Source of the DNA: Methylothermaceae bacterium
GTDB lineage: Bacteria > Pseudomonadota > Gammaproteobacteria > Methylococcales > Methylothermaceae
DNA: 62,907 nucleotides
Assembly: GCA_026985035.1 (NCBI GenBank)
Contig: JALSQY010000163.1
Location: 1 to 62,907 of the forward strand
Direction of reading: 5' to 3'
Shown: positions 39,183-52,736 of the stretch, one piece after another
Layout: every line of letters starts with the position of its first letter
Position numbering within the stretch: the stretch's first letter is position 1
Program-made: the position numbers and the translations under genes
Notes under the pieces: model-generated
What the model saw: the letters and a program-made list of their open reading frames with translations, nothing else
Databases searched by the model: none
What the model was told of the DNA's origin: nothing

Positions 39183-40583
39183 TTAAAAATTCCTCACATC
39201 GACAAAATGACCAGAAATAGCCGCGGCTACTGCCATTGCCGGGCTGACCAAGTGGGTCCGGCCGCCAAAACCTTGCCTCCCCTCGAAATTACGGTTGGAA
39301 GTAGATGCACAGCGTTCTCCCGGCTCAAGCCTGTCCGCATTCATGGCCAAACACATGGAACAGCCAGGGTCACGCCACTCAAAGCCTGCTTCCACAAAAA
39401 TCCTGTCTAACCCTTCAGCTTCGGCTTGTTGCTTGACTTGACCGGAACCAGGCACCACCATGGCCAACTTGATGGTGGAGGCAATTTTGCGTCCCTTGAT
39501 CACGGCCGCTGCCGCGCGCAGATCTTCGATTCTGGAATTGGTGCACGAGCCAATGAATACTTTATCGAGCTGAATCGATTGGATCGGCATACCAGGCCTT
39601 AGGGCCATATATTCCAATGCCCGTTCCAAACTTTTCCGTTTGACCGGGTCTTTTTCCTGCGCCGGATCAGGCACCGTACCATCGACAGGAACCACCATTT
39701 CCGGTGAAGTCCCCCAGGTTACCTGGGGCTTGATTTGGCTGGCATCCAGTTCCACCACCCGATCAAACTGCGCATCGGTATCGCTATGCAGTTGGCGCCA
39801 GTTCTCTATTGCCTGTTCCCAAAGCTCACCTTTGGGAGTCAAAGGCCGGCCGTGGAGATATTGCAAAGTCGTATCATCCACCGCTACCAATCCAGAGCGG
39901 GCACCTGCCTCGATCGCCATGTTACATACGGTCATCCGTCCTTCCACGGATAAAGCACGAATAGCACTGCCGGCAAATTCAATGGTGTACCCAGTACCAC
40001 CCGCCGTACCGATCTTACCGATAATCGCCAGGACGATATCTTTGGCGGTTACCCCTTCTCCTACTTGCCCTTCTACCGACACCAACATATTTTTGGCCTT
40101 CTTCATCCACAGGCATTGGGTGGCCAGCACATGTTCGACTTCGGAAGTTCCCACACCAAATGCCAATGCCCCCAGGGCACCATGGGTTGAGGTATGGGAA
40201 TCGCCGCAAACCATGGTGGTACCGGGCTGGGTAAATCCGATCTCAGGCCCAACCACATGGACAATACCCTGGCGGGCATCGTCCATCGAGAAAACGGGAA
40301 TATCAAATTCAGCACAGTTTTTTTCCAAAGTAGCGACTTGTAGGCGGGAGACAGGGTCGGTAATTCCCAAATCCCGATTCTTGGTGGGAACATTATGGTC
40401 GGCGACTGCCAAATTCGCCTTGGACCGCCAAGGCTTGCGGCCAGCCAAACGCAGGCCTTCAAAGGCTTGCGGAGAGGTCACCTCATGAATCAACTGGCGG
40501 TCGATATAAATTAATGAAGTCCCATCCGGCTCTGTACGAATAAGATGATTATCCCAAATTTTATCGTATAAAGTTTTTCCCAT
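39183..40583 (-). CDS. leuC: Isopropylmalate isomerase large subunit
   Basis: [35 protein letters not shown]. Confidence 0.97.
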   Translation of the reverse strand: MGKTLYDKIWDNHLIRTEPDGTSLIYIDRQLIHEVTSPQAFEGLRLAGRKPWRSKANLAVADHNVPTKNRDLGITDPVSRLQVATLEKNCAEFDIPVFSMDDARQGIVHVVGPEIGFTQPGTTMVCGDSHTSTHGALGALAFGVGTSEVEHVLATQCLWMKKAKNMLVSVEGQVGEGVTAKDIVLAIIGKIGTAGGTGYTIEFAGSAIRALSVEGRMTVCNMAIEAGARSGLVAVDDTTLQYLHGRPLTPKGELWEQAIENWRQLHSDTDAQFDRVVELDASQIKPQVTWGTSPEMVVPVDGTVPDPAQEKDPVKRKSLERALEYMALRPGMPIQSIQLDKVFIGSCTNSRIEDLRAAAAVIKGRKIASTIKLAMVVPGSGQVKQQAEAEGLDRIFVEAGFEWRDPGCSMCLAMNADRLEPGERCASTSNRNFEGRQGFGGRTHLVSPAMAVAAAISGHFVDVRNF

Positions 40584-40689
40584 ACCTTACCTAGTTATGT
40601 GGTATTGAATAACGTTAAAAAACGCTGCTTTTCTAAAACTTGCTTATGAACCTTACCCAACCAAGGTATTTCAGTCTCCTTGCCCGGAA

Positions 40690-40750
40690 ACGCCGTGAAA
40701 CTACCCCAAGTAGGCTTGATGGCAACCATTCAGGCCGTCAACAGCCTCGT
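40690..40750. repeat. Degenerate intergenic palindromic repeat
   Basis: ACGCCGTGAA..TAGGC then TTGATGGC..GCCGTCAA hairpin; single copy in the window. Confidence 0.3.
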
Positions 40751-40895
40751 CAAGAAGCCCACACATAATAATCAAGTTACCCAAGCTGTATAGGCATATT
40801 GCAAAATAAATTGTTCCGCATAAAAACGGTACAACTGGGTTCTTACCATCTATCATAACGGATATGGACCAAGTTGCTTCGACAAAGGTTGCCAA

Positions 40896-41561
<666 letters not shown>

Positions 41562-41573
41562 CTAGCGTTTGTT

Positions 41574-42881
<1,308 letters not shown>

Positions 42882-43031
42882 CTAGCAATCTTGGCGAGGC
42901 ATCAAAATTCGATGACGGCTGAAATCAACCTTCTCGTGAACCCCCAACTCATTAGCGCCGGGCAATAGATTTTGACCCATTCCCTGAATAGGAAAATGAA
43001 AGACAATAATTTTGCTTCGACAATGCCTTTT

Positions 43032-43355
43032 CTAGTCAAAATGACTTCGCGATTTCTGAGCCGCCTCATTGACCCTTTCCCGAAGATCCTTTCCTGACTT
43101 GAAGTGCGGGACATTTTTCGCCGGCAACGCCACCGGCTCCCCAGTTCTTGGGTTTCTTCCAAGCCTCGGGGGACGTTTGCGCAGCGTAAAACTGCCGAAT
43201 CCGCGAATTTCTATTCTCTGCCCTTGAGCCAGTGATTCACTTAGATAGTCAATGATGCTTTTCACTGCCAATTCCACATCCTTGCTGTTAAGTTCAATCC
43301 CTTTCTCGACAAGCAGGCGTTGCGCGAGGTTCTCGATTAGTTCTGATTTATTCAT
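43032..43355 (-). CDS. ihfB: Integration host factor beta
   Basis: [17 protein letters not shown]; follows rpsA. Confidence 0.95.
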   Translation of the reverse strand: MNKSELIENLAQRLLVEKGIELNSKDVELAVKSIIDYLSESLAQGQRIEIRGFGSFTLRKRPPRLGRNPRTGEPVALPAKNVPHFKSGKDLRERVNEAAQKSRSHFD

Positions 43356-43375
43356 GGTTTTTTATCTTCCACATA

Positions 43376-43403
43376 AACAAGGGGCGACGAATCGCCCCTT
43401 GTT
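43376..43403 (-). terminator. Intrinsic terminator after rpsA
   Basis: AACAAGGGGCGA-loop-TCGCCCCTTGTT. Confidence 0.75.
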
Positions 43404-43419
43404 GAACCGAATCAAGAAA

Positions 43420-45090
43420 TTACTCCTTGTCTTCCATCTGTTCTTTGAACAGATCCCCCAAAGTCGGCGAACCCACCGGCTGCTGACTGTACTCTTTGAC
43501 AACAGCCTGCTCTTCCGCTTCATCTTTGGCTTTGACAGAGAGCATAATCATCTTGTTCTTTTTATCGACCCCAATAAATCGGGCTTCCACCTCGTCCCCT
43601 TCCTTGAGGACGGTGCGGGCATCTTCCACCCGGTCACGGGTAAGTTCCGAAGCGCGAAGATAACCTAACACGCCTTCGGCCAGTTCCACCACGGCGCCTT
43701 TGGCATCCACTTCTTTGACGATGCCTTTTACCAGACTGCCTCTTTCATGCTCGGCAATAAAGTTCTGAAAAGGATCCTGTTCCAGCTGCTTGATACCGAG
43801 AGAAATCCTCTCCCGCTCGGGATCAATCGCCAAAATGACCGCTTCGATCTCATCTCCTTTCTTGAACTTGCGCACGGCTTCCTCGCCTGGCTCATTCCAG
43901 GAAATGTCAGACAGATGAACCAAGCCATCGATACCGCCTTCCAAGCCCACGAAAATGCCAAAATCGGTGATGGATTTGATCACGCCCTTGACCTTTTCAC
44001 CCTTGTTGTGGGTAGCGGCGAATTCTTCCCAAGGGTTGGGCTTGCATTGCTTCATCCCCAAGGAAATCCGGCGCCGGTCTTCGTCAATCTCCAGCACCAT
44101 CACTTCAACTTCGTCACCTACCTGCACCAATTTGGCGGGGTTGACGTTTTTATTGGTCCAATCCATTTCCGAGACATGGACCAGACCCTCCACGCCGTCT
44201 TCCAACTCGACAAAACAGCCGTAATCGGTGAGATTGGTCACCTTGCCGATCAAGCGGGTTCCGGGCGGATAACGGCGGGCAATGTCTTTCCAGGGATCTT
44301 CGCTGAGCTGTTTCAATCCCAAAGAGACACGCTGTTTTTCTTCGTCAAACTTGAGAACCTTAACGTCGATTTCCTGGCCGAGTTGGACCACTTCGGAAGG
44401 ATGCCGCACCCGCTTCCAGGCCATATCGGTAATATGCAGAAGACCATCAATACCGCCCAAATCGATAAAAGCGCCATAATCGGTGATATTCTTGACCACC
44501 CCTTTGACCGTGCCTTCTTCCTTGAGCTGCTGTAGCAAGGCTTCTCGGTCGGCGCTGTATTCGGTCTCCACCACCGCACGCCGGGACAACACGATATTGT
44601 TGCGCTTGGGATCCAGCTTGATGACTTTGAATTCCAGCTCCTGGCCTTCCAGATGACTGGTATCGCGCACGGGACGCACATCTACCAGCGAACCTGGGAG
44701 AAATGCCCGCAATGGCCCGATTTCAACCGTAAAACCGCCGCGCACCTTGCCCGTAATCTTGCCTTTGACAGTCTCACCTTTTTCAAAGGCCTGTTCGAGA
44801 TCTTCCCAGGCACGTGAACGCTTGGCTTTCTCCCGCGACAGCAACGTCGCGCCCAAACCGTCTTCCACCATATCCAGGGCAACTTCCACCTCGTCACCCA
44901 CTTCCACTTCGAGCTGGCCGTTTTCATCCAGAAATTGCCACTTGGGGACAATGCCCTCAGACTTCAAACCCGCATCCACGATCACCGCGTCTGGGGTTAT
45001 ATCCACCACTTTGGCTTTGAGTAACGTCCCAGGACGCATCTCGGTTTTCGCCAGACTCTCTTCAAATAATTCCGCAAAGCTTTCGCTCAT
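43420..45090 (-). CDS. rpsA: 30S ribosomal protein S1
   Basis: [12 protein letters not shown], repeated S1 domains. Confidence 0.97.
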   Translation of the reverse strand: MSESFAELFEESLAKTEMRPGTLLKAKVVDITPDAVIVDAGLKSEGIVPKWQFLDENGQLEVEVGDEVEVALDMVEDGLGATLLSREKAKRSRAWEDLEQAFEKGETVKGKITGKVRGGFTVEIGPLRAFLPGSLVDVRPVRDTSHLEGQELEFKVIKLDPKRNNIVLSRRAVVETEYSADREALLQQLKEEGTVKGVVKNITDYGAFIDLGGIDGLLHITDMAWKRVRHPSEVVQLGQEIDVKVLKFDEEKQRVSLGLKQLSEDPWKDIARRYPPGTRLIGKVTNLTDYGCFVELEDGVEGLVHVSEMDWTNKNVNPAKLVQVGDEVEVMVLEIDEDRRRISLGMKQCKPNPWEEFAATHNKGEKVKGVIKSITDFGIFVGLEGGIDGLVHLSDISWNEPGEEAVRKFKKGDEIEAVILAIDPERERISLGIKQLEQDPFQNFIAEHERGSLVKGIVKEVDAKGAVVELAEGVLGYLRASELTRDRVEDARTVLKEGDEVEARFIGVDKKNKMIMLSVKAKDEAEEQAVVKEYSQQPVGSPTLGDLFKEQMEDKE

Positions 45091-45179
45091 GATTTTCCAC
45101 TTCCACCCCAGGCCGGCCCTGGGAAACAAAAACGATTAATTTCGTTAATTAATAAAACCACGCCGCTGATCATACCGAT

Positions 45180-45872
45180 TCAGCGGCCCCTAGGTTGACT
45201 CGTCAAAGATTCCGGGAGCAGCTCCAAAATCTTGTCGACAACTTGCTGCGCCGTCAATCCCGTTGAATCGATAACGACGGCATCCTCTGCCGGCTTCAAC
45301 GGGGCCTCCTTGCGCTCTCGGTCGCGTCGATCCCTTTCTTCCAAGTCGTTGATTATTTGGTCAAGATTAACATCAAACCCTTGTTCTTTCAACTGACGAT
45401 AGCGCCGTTGCGCGCGTACTTTGGGACTGGCGGTTAAAAAAACTTTGTAAGGCGCGTCGGGGAAAACCACCGTTCCCATATCCCGTCCATCGGCAATCAA
45501 ACCCGGTGGCCGAACAAGCTGCCGCTGTTTTTCCAAAAGCGCTTGCCGGACTTTGGGATAGGCGGCAATTGTCGATGCCGCCCGTCCGCATTCTTCGGTT
45601 TGCAGCTTGTCGGTAACCTCCTTACCGTCGACCAAGACTTGGACGGACTCGTTGCAAATAAATTCCAACATCATCTCTTTTGCCACGCGCGCCACTTCCT
45701 CCTCGTTATCGAGCGGGACGCCCCAGGATAAAACAGCCCAAGCGAGAGCACGATAGATTGCACCACTGTCGAGAAAATGCCAGCCCAAGCGTTTCGCCAA
45801 CAGTTTGCTGACGGTTCCTTTCCCTGCGCCACTGGGACCATCGATGGTCAAAACCGGCACAGCCTTAGTCAT
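45180..45872 (-). CDS. cmk: Cytidylate kinase
   Basis: IDGPSGAGKGT, DGRDMGTVVFP. Confidence 0.96.
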   Translation of the reverse strand: MTKAVPVLTIDGPSGAGKGTVSKLLAKRLGWHFLDSGAIYRALAWAVLSWGVPLDNEEEVARVAKEMMLEFICNESVQVLVDGKEVTDKLQTEECGRAASTIAAYPKVRQALLEKQRQLVRPPGLIADGRDMGTVVFPDAPYKVFLTASPKVRAQRRYRQLKEQGFDVNLDQIINDLEERDRRDRERKEAPLKPAEDAVVIDSTGLTAQQVVDKILELLPESLTSQPRGR

Positions 45873-47184
45873 GACGAACCTCTGTCACATTCAAGCCCAA
45901 TTGCCGGGCAAGTGAGGCAAAGCCGGGAAAAGAAGTATTCACATTGGCGCAGTCTTCAATTTCTATCCTGCCGCGGGCCCGCAAACCGGCAATGGCAAAG
46001 GCCATGGCAATACGGTGATCACCGTGAGAATGTACACAGCCGCTACCGATTTGACCACCCCGGATGACGATGCCATCCGGCTTTGGCCGCGCATCAATCC
46101 CCAGAGTGACCAAGCCATCCGCCATCACTTGAATACGGTCGCTTTCTTTTACCCTAAGCTCTTCCGCACCGCTTAAAGTGGTCTCACCTTCGGCACAGGC
46201 CGCGGCAATAAACAGCACCGGAAATTCATCGATGGCAAGGGGCACCAATCTTTCAGGAATCTGGATGCCCTTGAGGGGCGCGGACCGAACCCGTAAATCC
46301 GCCACCGGCTCTCCTCCCATTTGGCGTGAATTCAGTAGCTCAATGTCAGCCCCCATCAGCTTCAGAATATCGATAACACCGGTGCGGGTCGGATTGACCC
46401 CCACGTGCTGCAAAATCAATTCGGAATCCGGGGCGATGCTGGCCCCTACCAAAAAGAAAGCCGCCGAGGAAATATCCGCCGGAACATCCAAATCGGTGGC
46501 AATCAATTTACCCCCACCCCGCACGCCGACCCGGTTGCCCTGACGTTTCACCTGGTAGCCGAATCCCATCAGCATTCTTTCCGTGTGATCCCGGGTGGGT
46601 GCCGGTTCTTCCACCCAGGTTTCGCCTTCGGCATACAGCCCCGCCAATAATAATGAAGACTTCACCTGAGCGCTGGCCACCGGCATGACATAATCGATAC
46701 CGTGTAATTGCTGTCCGCCGTATATTTTCAGCGGCGCGGTGCCTTGCGGGGTGGTTTCAATTTTAGCGCCCATGGCCTGCAAGGGTTCCGTCACCCGCCG
46801 CATGGGACGGCGGGAAAGGGACTGGTCTCCTGTCAATACGCTGTCGAAAGACTGGCCTGCCAACAATCCGCTCAACAGACGCATGGAAGTACCAGAATTC
46901 CCCAAGTAGAGGGGAGCTTCTGGCGCCTGTAAACCGTGCATGCCGACCCCATGAATAGTCAACTGGCCCTGGTCGGGCCCTTCAACGACGACCCCCATTT
47001 GCTTGAAGGCCGCCAAGGTCGCCAGAGCATCTTCCGCTTCCAGAAAGCCAGTCACCCGGGTTATCCCTTCGGCGAGGGCACCCAACATCACACTGCGATG
47101 GGAAATGGATTTATCTCCTGGAACCCGGGCTTGGCCAGTAAGCTTGCCGCCCGGCGCCACTACGAATTCGATCTGATGAGTCAT
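45865..47184 (-). CDS. aroA: EPSP synthase
   Basis: PGDKSISHR, GNSGT, SAQVK, KESDR, DHR. Confidence 0.97.
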   Translation of the reverse strand: MTHQIEFVVAPGGKLTGQARVPGDKSISHRSVMLGALAEGITRVTGFLEAEDALATLAAFKQMGVVVEGPDQGQLTIHGVGMHGLQAPEAPLYLGNSGTSMRLLSGLLAGQSFDSVLTGDQSLSRRPMRRVTEPLQAMGAKIETTPQGTAPLKIYGGQQLHGIDYVMPVASAQVKSSLLLAGLYAEGETWVEEPAPTRDHTERMLMGFGYQVKRQGNRVGVRGGGKLIATDLDVPADISSAAFFLVGASIAPDSELILQHVGVNPTRTGVIDILKLMGADIELLNSRQMGGEPVADLRVRSAPLKGIQIPERLVPLAIDEFPVLFIAAACAEGETTLSGAEELRVKESDRIQVMADGLVTLGIDARPKPDGIVIRGGQIGSGCVHSHGDHRIAMAFAIAGLRARGRIEIEDCANVNTSFPGFASLARQLGLNVTEVRHD

Positions 47185-47195
47185 AAAAATCTATG

Positions 47196-48068
47196 TTATT
47201 GATGGTGCTGATCAAGAAACCGCTGCCGGGCAGCTTTCGCCTCGGCAAAAAAATCGAAGATCGCCTGCCAATCGCCCTGTTCCATCGTGTCTCCAAAGGC
47301 TTTCAGTTCCTTCTCGAACTGGCGGAGATAGGCCAGAATCTCCTTCTGATTGGCAAGGCAAATATCCGTCCACATGCTTGGATCACTGGAAGCGATACGA
47401 GTGAAGTCCTTGAACCCTCCGGCGGCATATTGAAAGATTTCGTCCTTTTCATCCTTGCGGCCGAGCATATGGGTCAAGGTATAAGCAATCACGTGGGGCA
47501 GATGACTGGTGGCCGCGAGTACATGGTCGTGATGGGCAACACTCATGTCATGAATCTTGGCGCCCAAAGAGTGCCAGAACCGACGCACTTGTTCCAGAGC
47601 CCGGATCTGGGTCACTGGCAATGGGGTCAAAATGACCCGCTTGCCTAAAAACAGATCCACGGTCGCCGCCCCCACGCCGCTCAATTCCCGGCCGGCAATG
47701 GGATGGGCTGGGACGAAATTTTTCGGCACTTCCCCGAAAACCGCTTCTGCCGCCTTCACGACGCTGGATTTGGTGCTGCCCACATCGGTGTAGAACGCCT
47801 TGTCCGACCACACCGGGCGCAAAGATTCGAACACTGGACGCACGCTGCCAACGGGGGTCGCAATCACTATGCCGTCAGCAAATTCCGCACCCTCTCTGGC
47901 ATCGACACAGGCATCATCAATCACGCCCAACTCTACCGCCTGAAGGAGGTTCTCGCCATCGCGATCAACCCCGACAATCTCCTGGCACAGCCCCCGGGCC
48001 TTGGCAGCCAAGGCAATGGAACCACCCATCAAGCCAACGCCTATAATGCACAGACGATGGATTTTCAT
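47196..48068 (-). CDS. tyrA: Prephenate/arogenate dehydrogenase
   Basis: GVGLMGGS, DVGSTK, HPIAG, SHLPH, TRIA. Confidence 0.93.
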   Translation of the reverse strand: MKIHRLCIIGVGLMGGSIALAAKARGLCQEIVGVDRDGENLLQAVELGVIDDACVDAREGAEFADGIVIATPVGSVRPVFESLRPVWSDKAFYTDVGSTKSSVVKAAEAVFGEVPKNFVPAHPIAGRELSGVGAATVDLFLGKRVILTPLPVTQIRALEQVRRFWHSLGAKIHDMSVAHHDHVLAATSHLPHVIAYTLTHMLGRKDEKDEIFQYAAGGFKDFTRIASSDPSMWTDICLANQKEILAYLRQFEKELKAFGDTMEQGDWQAIFDFFAEAKAARQRFLDQHHQ

Positions 48069-48078
48069 TGTTTGGATA

Positions 48079-49209
48079 TCATAAGACACAATCCAGTGCG
48101 TCAATAAAAGTTTGATTTTCTGCCCTGGTGCCGACCGAAACCCGCAAATGCCTTGGCATACCATAATTGGCAACGGGACGCACGATTACGCCTTCCCGCA
48201 AAAGTGCTTGAAAAATCAGGTCCCCATCCCGGCCTATATCGACCGTAATAAAATTCCCCACCGATGGAATATAATTCAACCCCCGCCGCTCAAATGCTTC
48301 CTCAAGCTGAACCATCCCTTCCCGGTTGATGTTGCGGCTGGCGCGCAAATGATCGTCATCCTCTATTGCCGCCGCTGCCGCCGCCAGAGCCATACCATTC
48401 ACGTTAAAAGGCTGACGTACCCGGTTGAGCAAATCGGCCAGCTGAGGATTAGATAGGGCATAGCCTATCCTGAGCCCCGCCAGGCCATAGGCTTTGGAAA
48501 AGGTGCGGGTCACAATCAGATTGGGGAAACGCGACAACCACTGGCACGAATCGGGATAATCGCCTCTCTCCACATATTCGAAGTAAGCCTCATCCACCAC
48601 GGCAATCACACGCTCTGGCAAGGCTTGCAGAAAATTCCCCAATTCCGTTTGGGTGACATAAGTGCCTGTAGGGTTGTTGGGATTGGCAATGAAGATTACT
48701 GTGGTATTCTCCGCTACCTGGTCCAACATGGCTGTCATGTCATGGCCATATGCCGGACCACGCCTGCCATCATGCGCCGGGGCAATTCGCGCCTCGGCAC
48801 CCACTGCCTGAACCGAAATCGGATACACCGCAAAGGCATATTGAGAAAAGACCGCGCTGCGCCCGGGCCCCAAGAAAACGCGGGCGATCAAATCCAACAC
48901 GTCATTGGAGCCGTTGCCCAAGGTAATCTGATCCATGGCAACATTTAATTTCTCCGCCAGTTTTTGCTTCAAAAGATAACCGTTGCCATCGGGATAACGC
49001 GCCACTTCTTGTAGTGATGCTTGCATTGTCGCCAGCGCCTTGGGACTCGGCCCGAGGGGGTTTTCATTGGAAGCCAGTTTGACTATCTTCCCGGCATCCA
49101 GCCCCAGCTCCCGGGCCAAGGATTCAATGGGTTTGCCTGGCTGGTAGGGCATCAAGTCTAAAACAGCCGGCATTGATAAAGTCGAAAAATCGATTTGTTT
49201 ATTAGGCAT
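48079..49209 (-). CDS. hisC: Histidinol-phosphate/aromatic aminotransferase
   Basis: KLASNENP, NPNNPTG, DEAY, RTFSKAYGLAGLR. Confidence 0.95.
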   Translation of the reverse strand: MPNKQIDFSTLSMPAVLDLMPYQPGKPIESLARELGLDAGKIVKLASNENPLGPSPKALATMQASLQEVARYPDGNGYLLKQKLAEKLNVAMDQITLGNGSNDVLDLIARVFLGPGRSAVFSQYAFAVYPISVQAVGAEARIAPAHDGRRGPAYGHDMTAMLDQVAENTTVIFIANPNNPTGTYVTQTELGNFLQALPERVIAVVDEAYFEYVERGDYPDSCQWLSRFPNLIVTRTFSKAYGLAGLRIGYALSNPQLADLLNRVRQPFNVNGMALAAAAAAIEDDDHLRASRNINREGMVQLEEAFERRGLNYIPSVGNFITVDIGRDGDLIFQALLREGVIVRPVANYGMPRHLRVSVGTRAENQTFIDALDCVL

Positions 49210-49210
49210 G

Positions 49211-50302
49211 TTAAACCACCGCTTTGGGATAGGACCCCAGCCACTTGACCATCTGGGCTTTTTCTTGCAAGAGCTTTAATGCCTTGGCTACATGGACCTC
49301 TTTTTTGTGCCCTTCGATGTCGATGAAAAAGACATAATCCCAACACTCCCGGCGGGAAGGACGCGACTCAATCTTGCTCATGCTGATACCATGCTCGGCA
49401 AAGGGTTGCAGTATCTGATACAACGCTCCGGGGAAATTCCCCGTGGAAACCACCAAGGTGGTTTTATCCTCCCCGGTAGGCCCCACCTCTTGTTTACCTA
49501 TCACCAAAAAACGGGTGGTATTATCCGGTTCATCTTCGATATTGCGCTGGAGAATAGTCAGCTCATACAATTGCGCCGCCACTTCGCCAGCAACAGCAGC
49601 GCTATCGGGAACGATGGCGCTCAACCGCGCCGCCTCGGCATTACTGCTCACGGCGGTGCGTTTCACATTGGGCAAGAACCGGTCCAGCCATTCCCGGCAT
49701 TGAGCCAGGGATTGCTGATGGGAAAACACTTCCTTGATTTCCCCCAGCTCCGAACAGCGGCTCATCAGATGGTGATGAATCCTCAATACTACTTCGCCGG
49801 TAATAAGCAGAGAGGTATTCAAAAAACTGTCCAGGGTATGGGTGATAACGCCTTCGGTGGAGTTTTCCACTGGCACGATGCCAAACTGACAGGTCTCGCT
49901 GGCTACCGCCCGGAAAATTTCGTCAATGGCGGGAAAAGGCTGAGCTTGAATCGCACTGCCAAAATGCTTGAAAGCCGCTTGCTGGGTGAAGGTGCCTTCC
50001 GGCCCCAAAAAAGCCACTTGCAGCGGTTTTTCCAGCGCCAGGCAGGCAGACATCAACTCCCGGAAGAACCGCGCGACTGACTCTTGAGACAAGGGCCCCG
50101 GATTTTCCGCCATCATCCGCCGCAAAACCTGGGCTTCCCTTTCCGGACGATAGAAACAGTCATTCTCTCCCGCTGCCATCTTCACTTTCGCGACCTCCAG
50201 AGCCAGGGCTCCCCGCTGGCTGATAAGCTCCAGAAGCTTGGAGTCAATCCGGTCTATTTTGTCGCGGAGTTCGTTTAAGGTCTGTTCTATCTCTGTAGCC
50301 AT
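49211..50302 (-). CDS. pheA: Chorismate mutase/prephenate dehydratase
   Basis: PVENSTEG, NTTRF, IESRP. Confidence 0.96.
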   Translation of the reverse strand: MATEIEQTLNELRDKIDRIDSKLLELISQRGALALEVAKVKMAAGENDCFYRPEREAQVLRRMMAENPGPLSQESVARFFRELMSACLALEKPLQVAFLGPEGTFTQQAAFKHFGSAIQAQPFPAIDEIFRAVASETCQFGIVPVENSTEGVITHTLDSFLNTSLLITGEVVLRIHHHLMSRCSELGEIKEVFSHQQSLAQCREWLDRFLPNVKRTAVSSNAEAARLSAIVPDSAAVAGEVAAQLYELTILQRNIEDEPDNTTRFLVIGKQEVGPTGEDKTTLVVSTGNFPGALYQILQPFAEHGISMSKIESRPSRRECWDYVFFIDIEGHKKEVHVAKALKLLQEKAQMVKWLGSYPKAVV

Positions 50303-50331
50303 CCGCCGATGAGACTAACTGTTGAAAAGGC

Positions 50332-51516
50332 TTATTGTATCACCCGGGCAGACAAGACCCCGTCAATCTGGCGAATGGACGCCATGACTTCAGGCCCTAC
50401 CTCGCCTTCTACATCAATAATTGTGTAGGCCACTTCTCCTTTGGATTTATTCAGCAAATCCAAAATGTTGAGCTGCGCCTCCCCCAAACAAGACGAAATC
50501 TTGCTGACCATGGCGGGAATATTGGCGTTGGCAATGGTGATCCGGATTGTGTCGGGCGTTCTTGGCATCACTACTTCGGGAAAATTGACAGAATTCCGGA
50601 TATTGCCGTTTTCCAGAAAGTCCCGAATCTGGTCCGCCACCATCACTGCACAATTTTCTTCCGCTTCCCGGGTGGAAGCACCAATATGGGGTAAGGCAAT
50701 CACGCGGGGATGGTCTTTAATACGGGAAGTGGGAAAATCGGTCACGTAAGCGTGCAGTCCACCATTTTCCAGCACCCCAAGCAGCGCATCCTCATCCACC
50801 AAACCGTCACGGGAGAAGTTCAACAATACCGACCCTTCTCGCATCAACTGCAAACGCTCGGCATTGATACAGCCTTGAGTATCCTTGGTCAACGGCATGT
50901 GCAAAGAGGCAAAGTCGCTAAGGCTTAGCAACTCTTCCTTACTGGTCGCCTGGACCACCGCAGACGACAATTGCCACGCCCGCTCCACGGTCACAAAGGG
51001 ATCGTAGCCGATCACATTCATGCCCAGATCCAGCGCCCGGTTGGCCACTTGCACACCAATGGCGCCCAGACCCATGACTCCCAGGGTTTTTCCGCGCAGT
51101 TCAAAACCTTGAAAGTGTTTTTTGTTACTCTCCACCTGGGTGTGGATTTCCTCATCCGATCCCTGCAAATTGCGAACAAATTCCCACGCCGGGCAAATAT
51201 TTCTGCTAGCCAAAAACATTCCCGCCAGCACCAGCTCCTTTACCGCATTGGCATTGGCGCCGGGAGTGTTAAATACCGGGATGCCGCGATGGGTATACTC
51301 TGCCACGGGAATATTATTCACGCCCGCACCGGCGCGCCCCACTGCCTTGACCGAATCGGGAATCGGCACCCCGTGCAATTTGAATGAACGCAAAATAATA
51401 GCGTCCGGGTGTTGAATTTCCGAAGCCACCTCATAACGGTCCCGGGGAAACCGTTCCAACCCCGCCACCGCAATGTGGTTGTAAGTTAAAATTTTGTATA
51501 TTTGATCGTCAGCCAT
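50332..51516 (-). CDS. serA: D-3-phosphoglycerate dehydrogenase with ACT domain
   Basis: RAGAGVNN, GLGAIG, PHIGAST; overlaps the serC stop. Confidence 0.9.
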   Translation of the reverse strand: MADDQIYKILTYNHIAVAGLERFPRDRYEVASEIQHPDAIILRSFKLHGVPIPDSVKAVGRAGAGVNNIPVAEYTHRGIPVFNTPGANANAVKELVLAGMFLASRNICPAWEFVRNLQGSDEEIHTQVESNKKHFQGFELRGKTLGVMGLGAIGVQVANRALDLGMNVIGYDPFVTVERAWQLSSAVVQATSKEELLSLSDFASLHMPLTKDTQGCINAERLQLMREGSVLLNFSRDGLVDEDALLGVLENGGLHAYVTDFPTSRIKDHPRVIALPHIGASTREAEENCAVMVADQIRDFLENGNIRNSVNFPEVVMPRTPDTIRITIANANIPAMVSKISSCLGEAQLNILDLLNKSKGEVAYTIIDVEGEVGPEVMASIRQIDGVLSARVIQ

Positions 51517-52585
51517 AACGTCTTTCAAACTCCTTCATAAATTCCACCAATGCCTGCACCCCTTGCAGAGGCATGGCATTGTATATACTGGCACGCATGC
51601 CGCCCACCGAGCGATGCCCCTTGAGATTCGTCAATCCAGCTTCTTGGGCCTGGCCCAAAAACTGGCTATCCAGCTCTGGATTCGCCAGGGTGAATGGAAT
51701 ATTCATCCGGGAGCGGTAGCGGCGATCGACAGGGTTGCGATAAAAATCCGATGCATCAATGGCGCTGTACAAAAGCTCGGATTTCTCCCTATTCCGCTTT
51801 TCAATTCCTTGAATTCTACCTTGGCTCCGTACCCATTCCAGCACCAATCCCAATAGATACCAGTTATAGGTAGGCGGGGTATTGAGCATGGAGCCGGCTT
51901 CCGCCTGTTTTTTATAATCCAGTACAGAAGGCGTGCCCAACAGCGGGGTTTGCAGCAGGTCTTTACGCACAATGACCACCGTGATGCCCGCTGGCCCCAT
52001 ATTTTTCTGGGCGCCCGCGTAGATCAGCCCGAACCGGCCGACATCCACCGGCCGGGAAAGAATGTTGGAGGACATATCCGCCACCAGCGGCAAGGAAGTC
52101 TCTGGCACAAACGGAAACTCCACCCCATGAATGGTTTCATTGGAGGTGTAGTGCAAATAAGCGGCACCGCTATCCACTTGCCATCCCGAGGGATCGGGAA
52201 TAGTGGTGAAATGTTCTTCTTCGCTGCTGGCCGCGATTTTCACGTTGGAAAATGCCTTGGCTTCCGATGCCGCTTTTTTCGACCAGGAACCGGTCAACAC
52301 ATAACAGGTCGAGCGCTTATCCCCTAACAAATTCATAGGGATGGCGGCAAACTGCCCGGTCGCCCCACCTTGCAAGAAAAGACAGTGATAATCGCTGGAA
52401 ATACCGAGTAAATCCCGTAAGTTTGCTTCGGTGCGTTCGGCAATTTCGATAAACTGCTTGCTGCGGTGACTCATTTCCATCACCGACATGCCGCAGCCAT
52501 GATAATCCAGCATTTCATCCCGGGCCTGTTCCAATACCGCTTCGGGCAACATGGAAGGGCCAGCGCTGAAGTTATAGACTCGCAT
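51509..52585 (-). CDS. serC: Phosphoserine aminotransferase
   Basis: NFSAGP, EMSHRS, AGAQKN, GHRSVGG. Confidence 0.97.
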   Translation of the reverse strand: MRVYNFSAGPSMLPEAVLEQARDEMLDYHGCGMSVMEMSHRSKQFIEIAERTEANLRDLLGISSDYHCLFLQGGATGQFAAIPMNLLGDKRSTCYVLTGSWSKKAASEAKAFSNVKIAASSEEEHFTTIPDPSGWQVDSGAAYLHYTSNETIHGVEFPFVPETSLPLVADMSSNILSRPVDVGRFGLIYAGAQKNMGPAGITVVIVRKDLLQTPLLGTPSVLDYKKQAEAGSMLNTPPTYNWYLLGLVLEWVRSQGRIQGIEKRNREKSELLYSAIDASDFYRNPVDRRYRSRMNIPFTLANPELDSQFLGQAQEAGLTNLKGHRSVGGMRASIYNAMPLQGVQALVEFMKEFERRYG

Positions 52586-52631
52586 TGATATCGTTTTCCT
52601 TCTAAATAAAAAAGCTCACATTGATAAAGTT

Positions 52632-52663
52632 ATTAACCCGGTAATAAAGATTACCGGGTTAAT
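52632..52663. terminator. Perfect 14-bp stem-loop between gyrA and serC
   Basis: ATTAACCCGGTAAT-AAAG-ATTACCGGGTTAAT. Confidence 0.55.
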
Positions 52664-52679
52664 GAAGATCATCTTTCCT

Positions 52680-52729
52680 CTAGGGAACCTCTAAACAAGG
52701 CAAGGATGACTTATTCAGAGGCTCCCTGG
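52680..52729. repeat. Family-A MITE reduced to its two ends
   Basis: CTAGGGAACCTCT..CAAGGATGACTTATTCAGAGGCTCCCTGG. Confidence 0.7.
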
Positions 52730-52736
52730 GATCTTA

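Noticed and set aside
40584-40895. Possible leu attenuator or leader peptide upstream of leuC
   Set aside because: No Leu-codon-rich mini-ORF with a terminator seen
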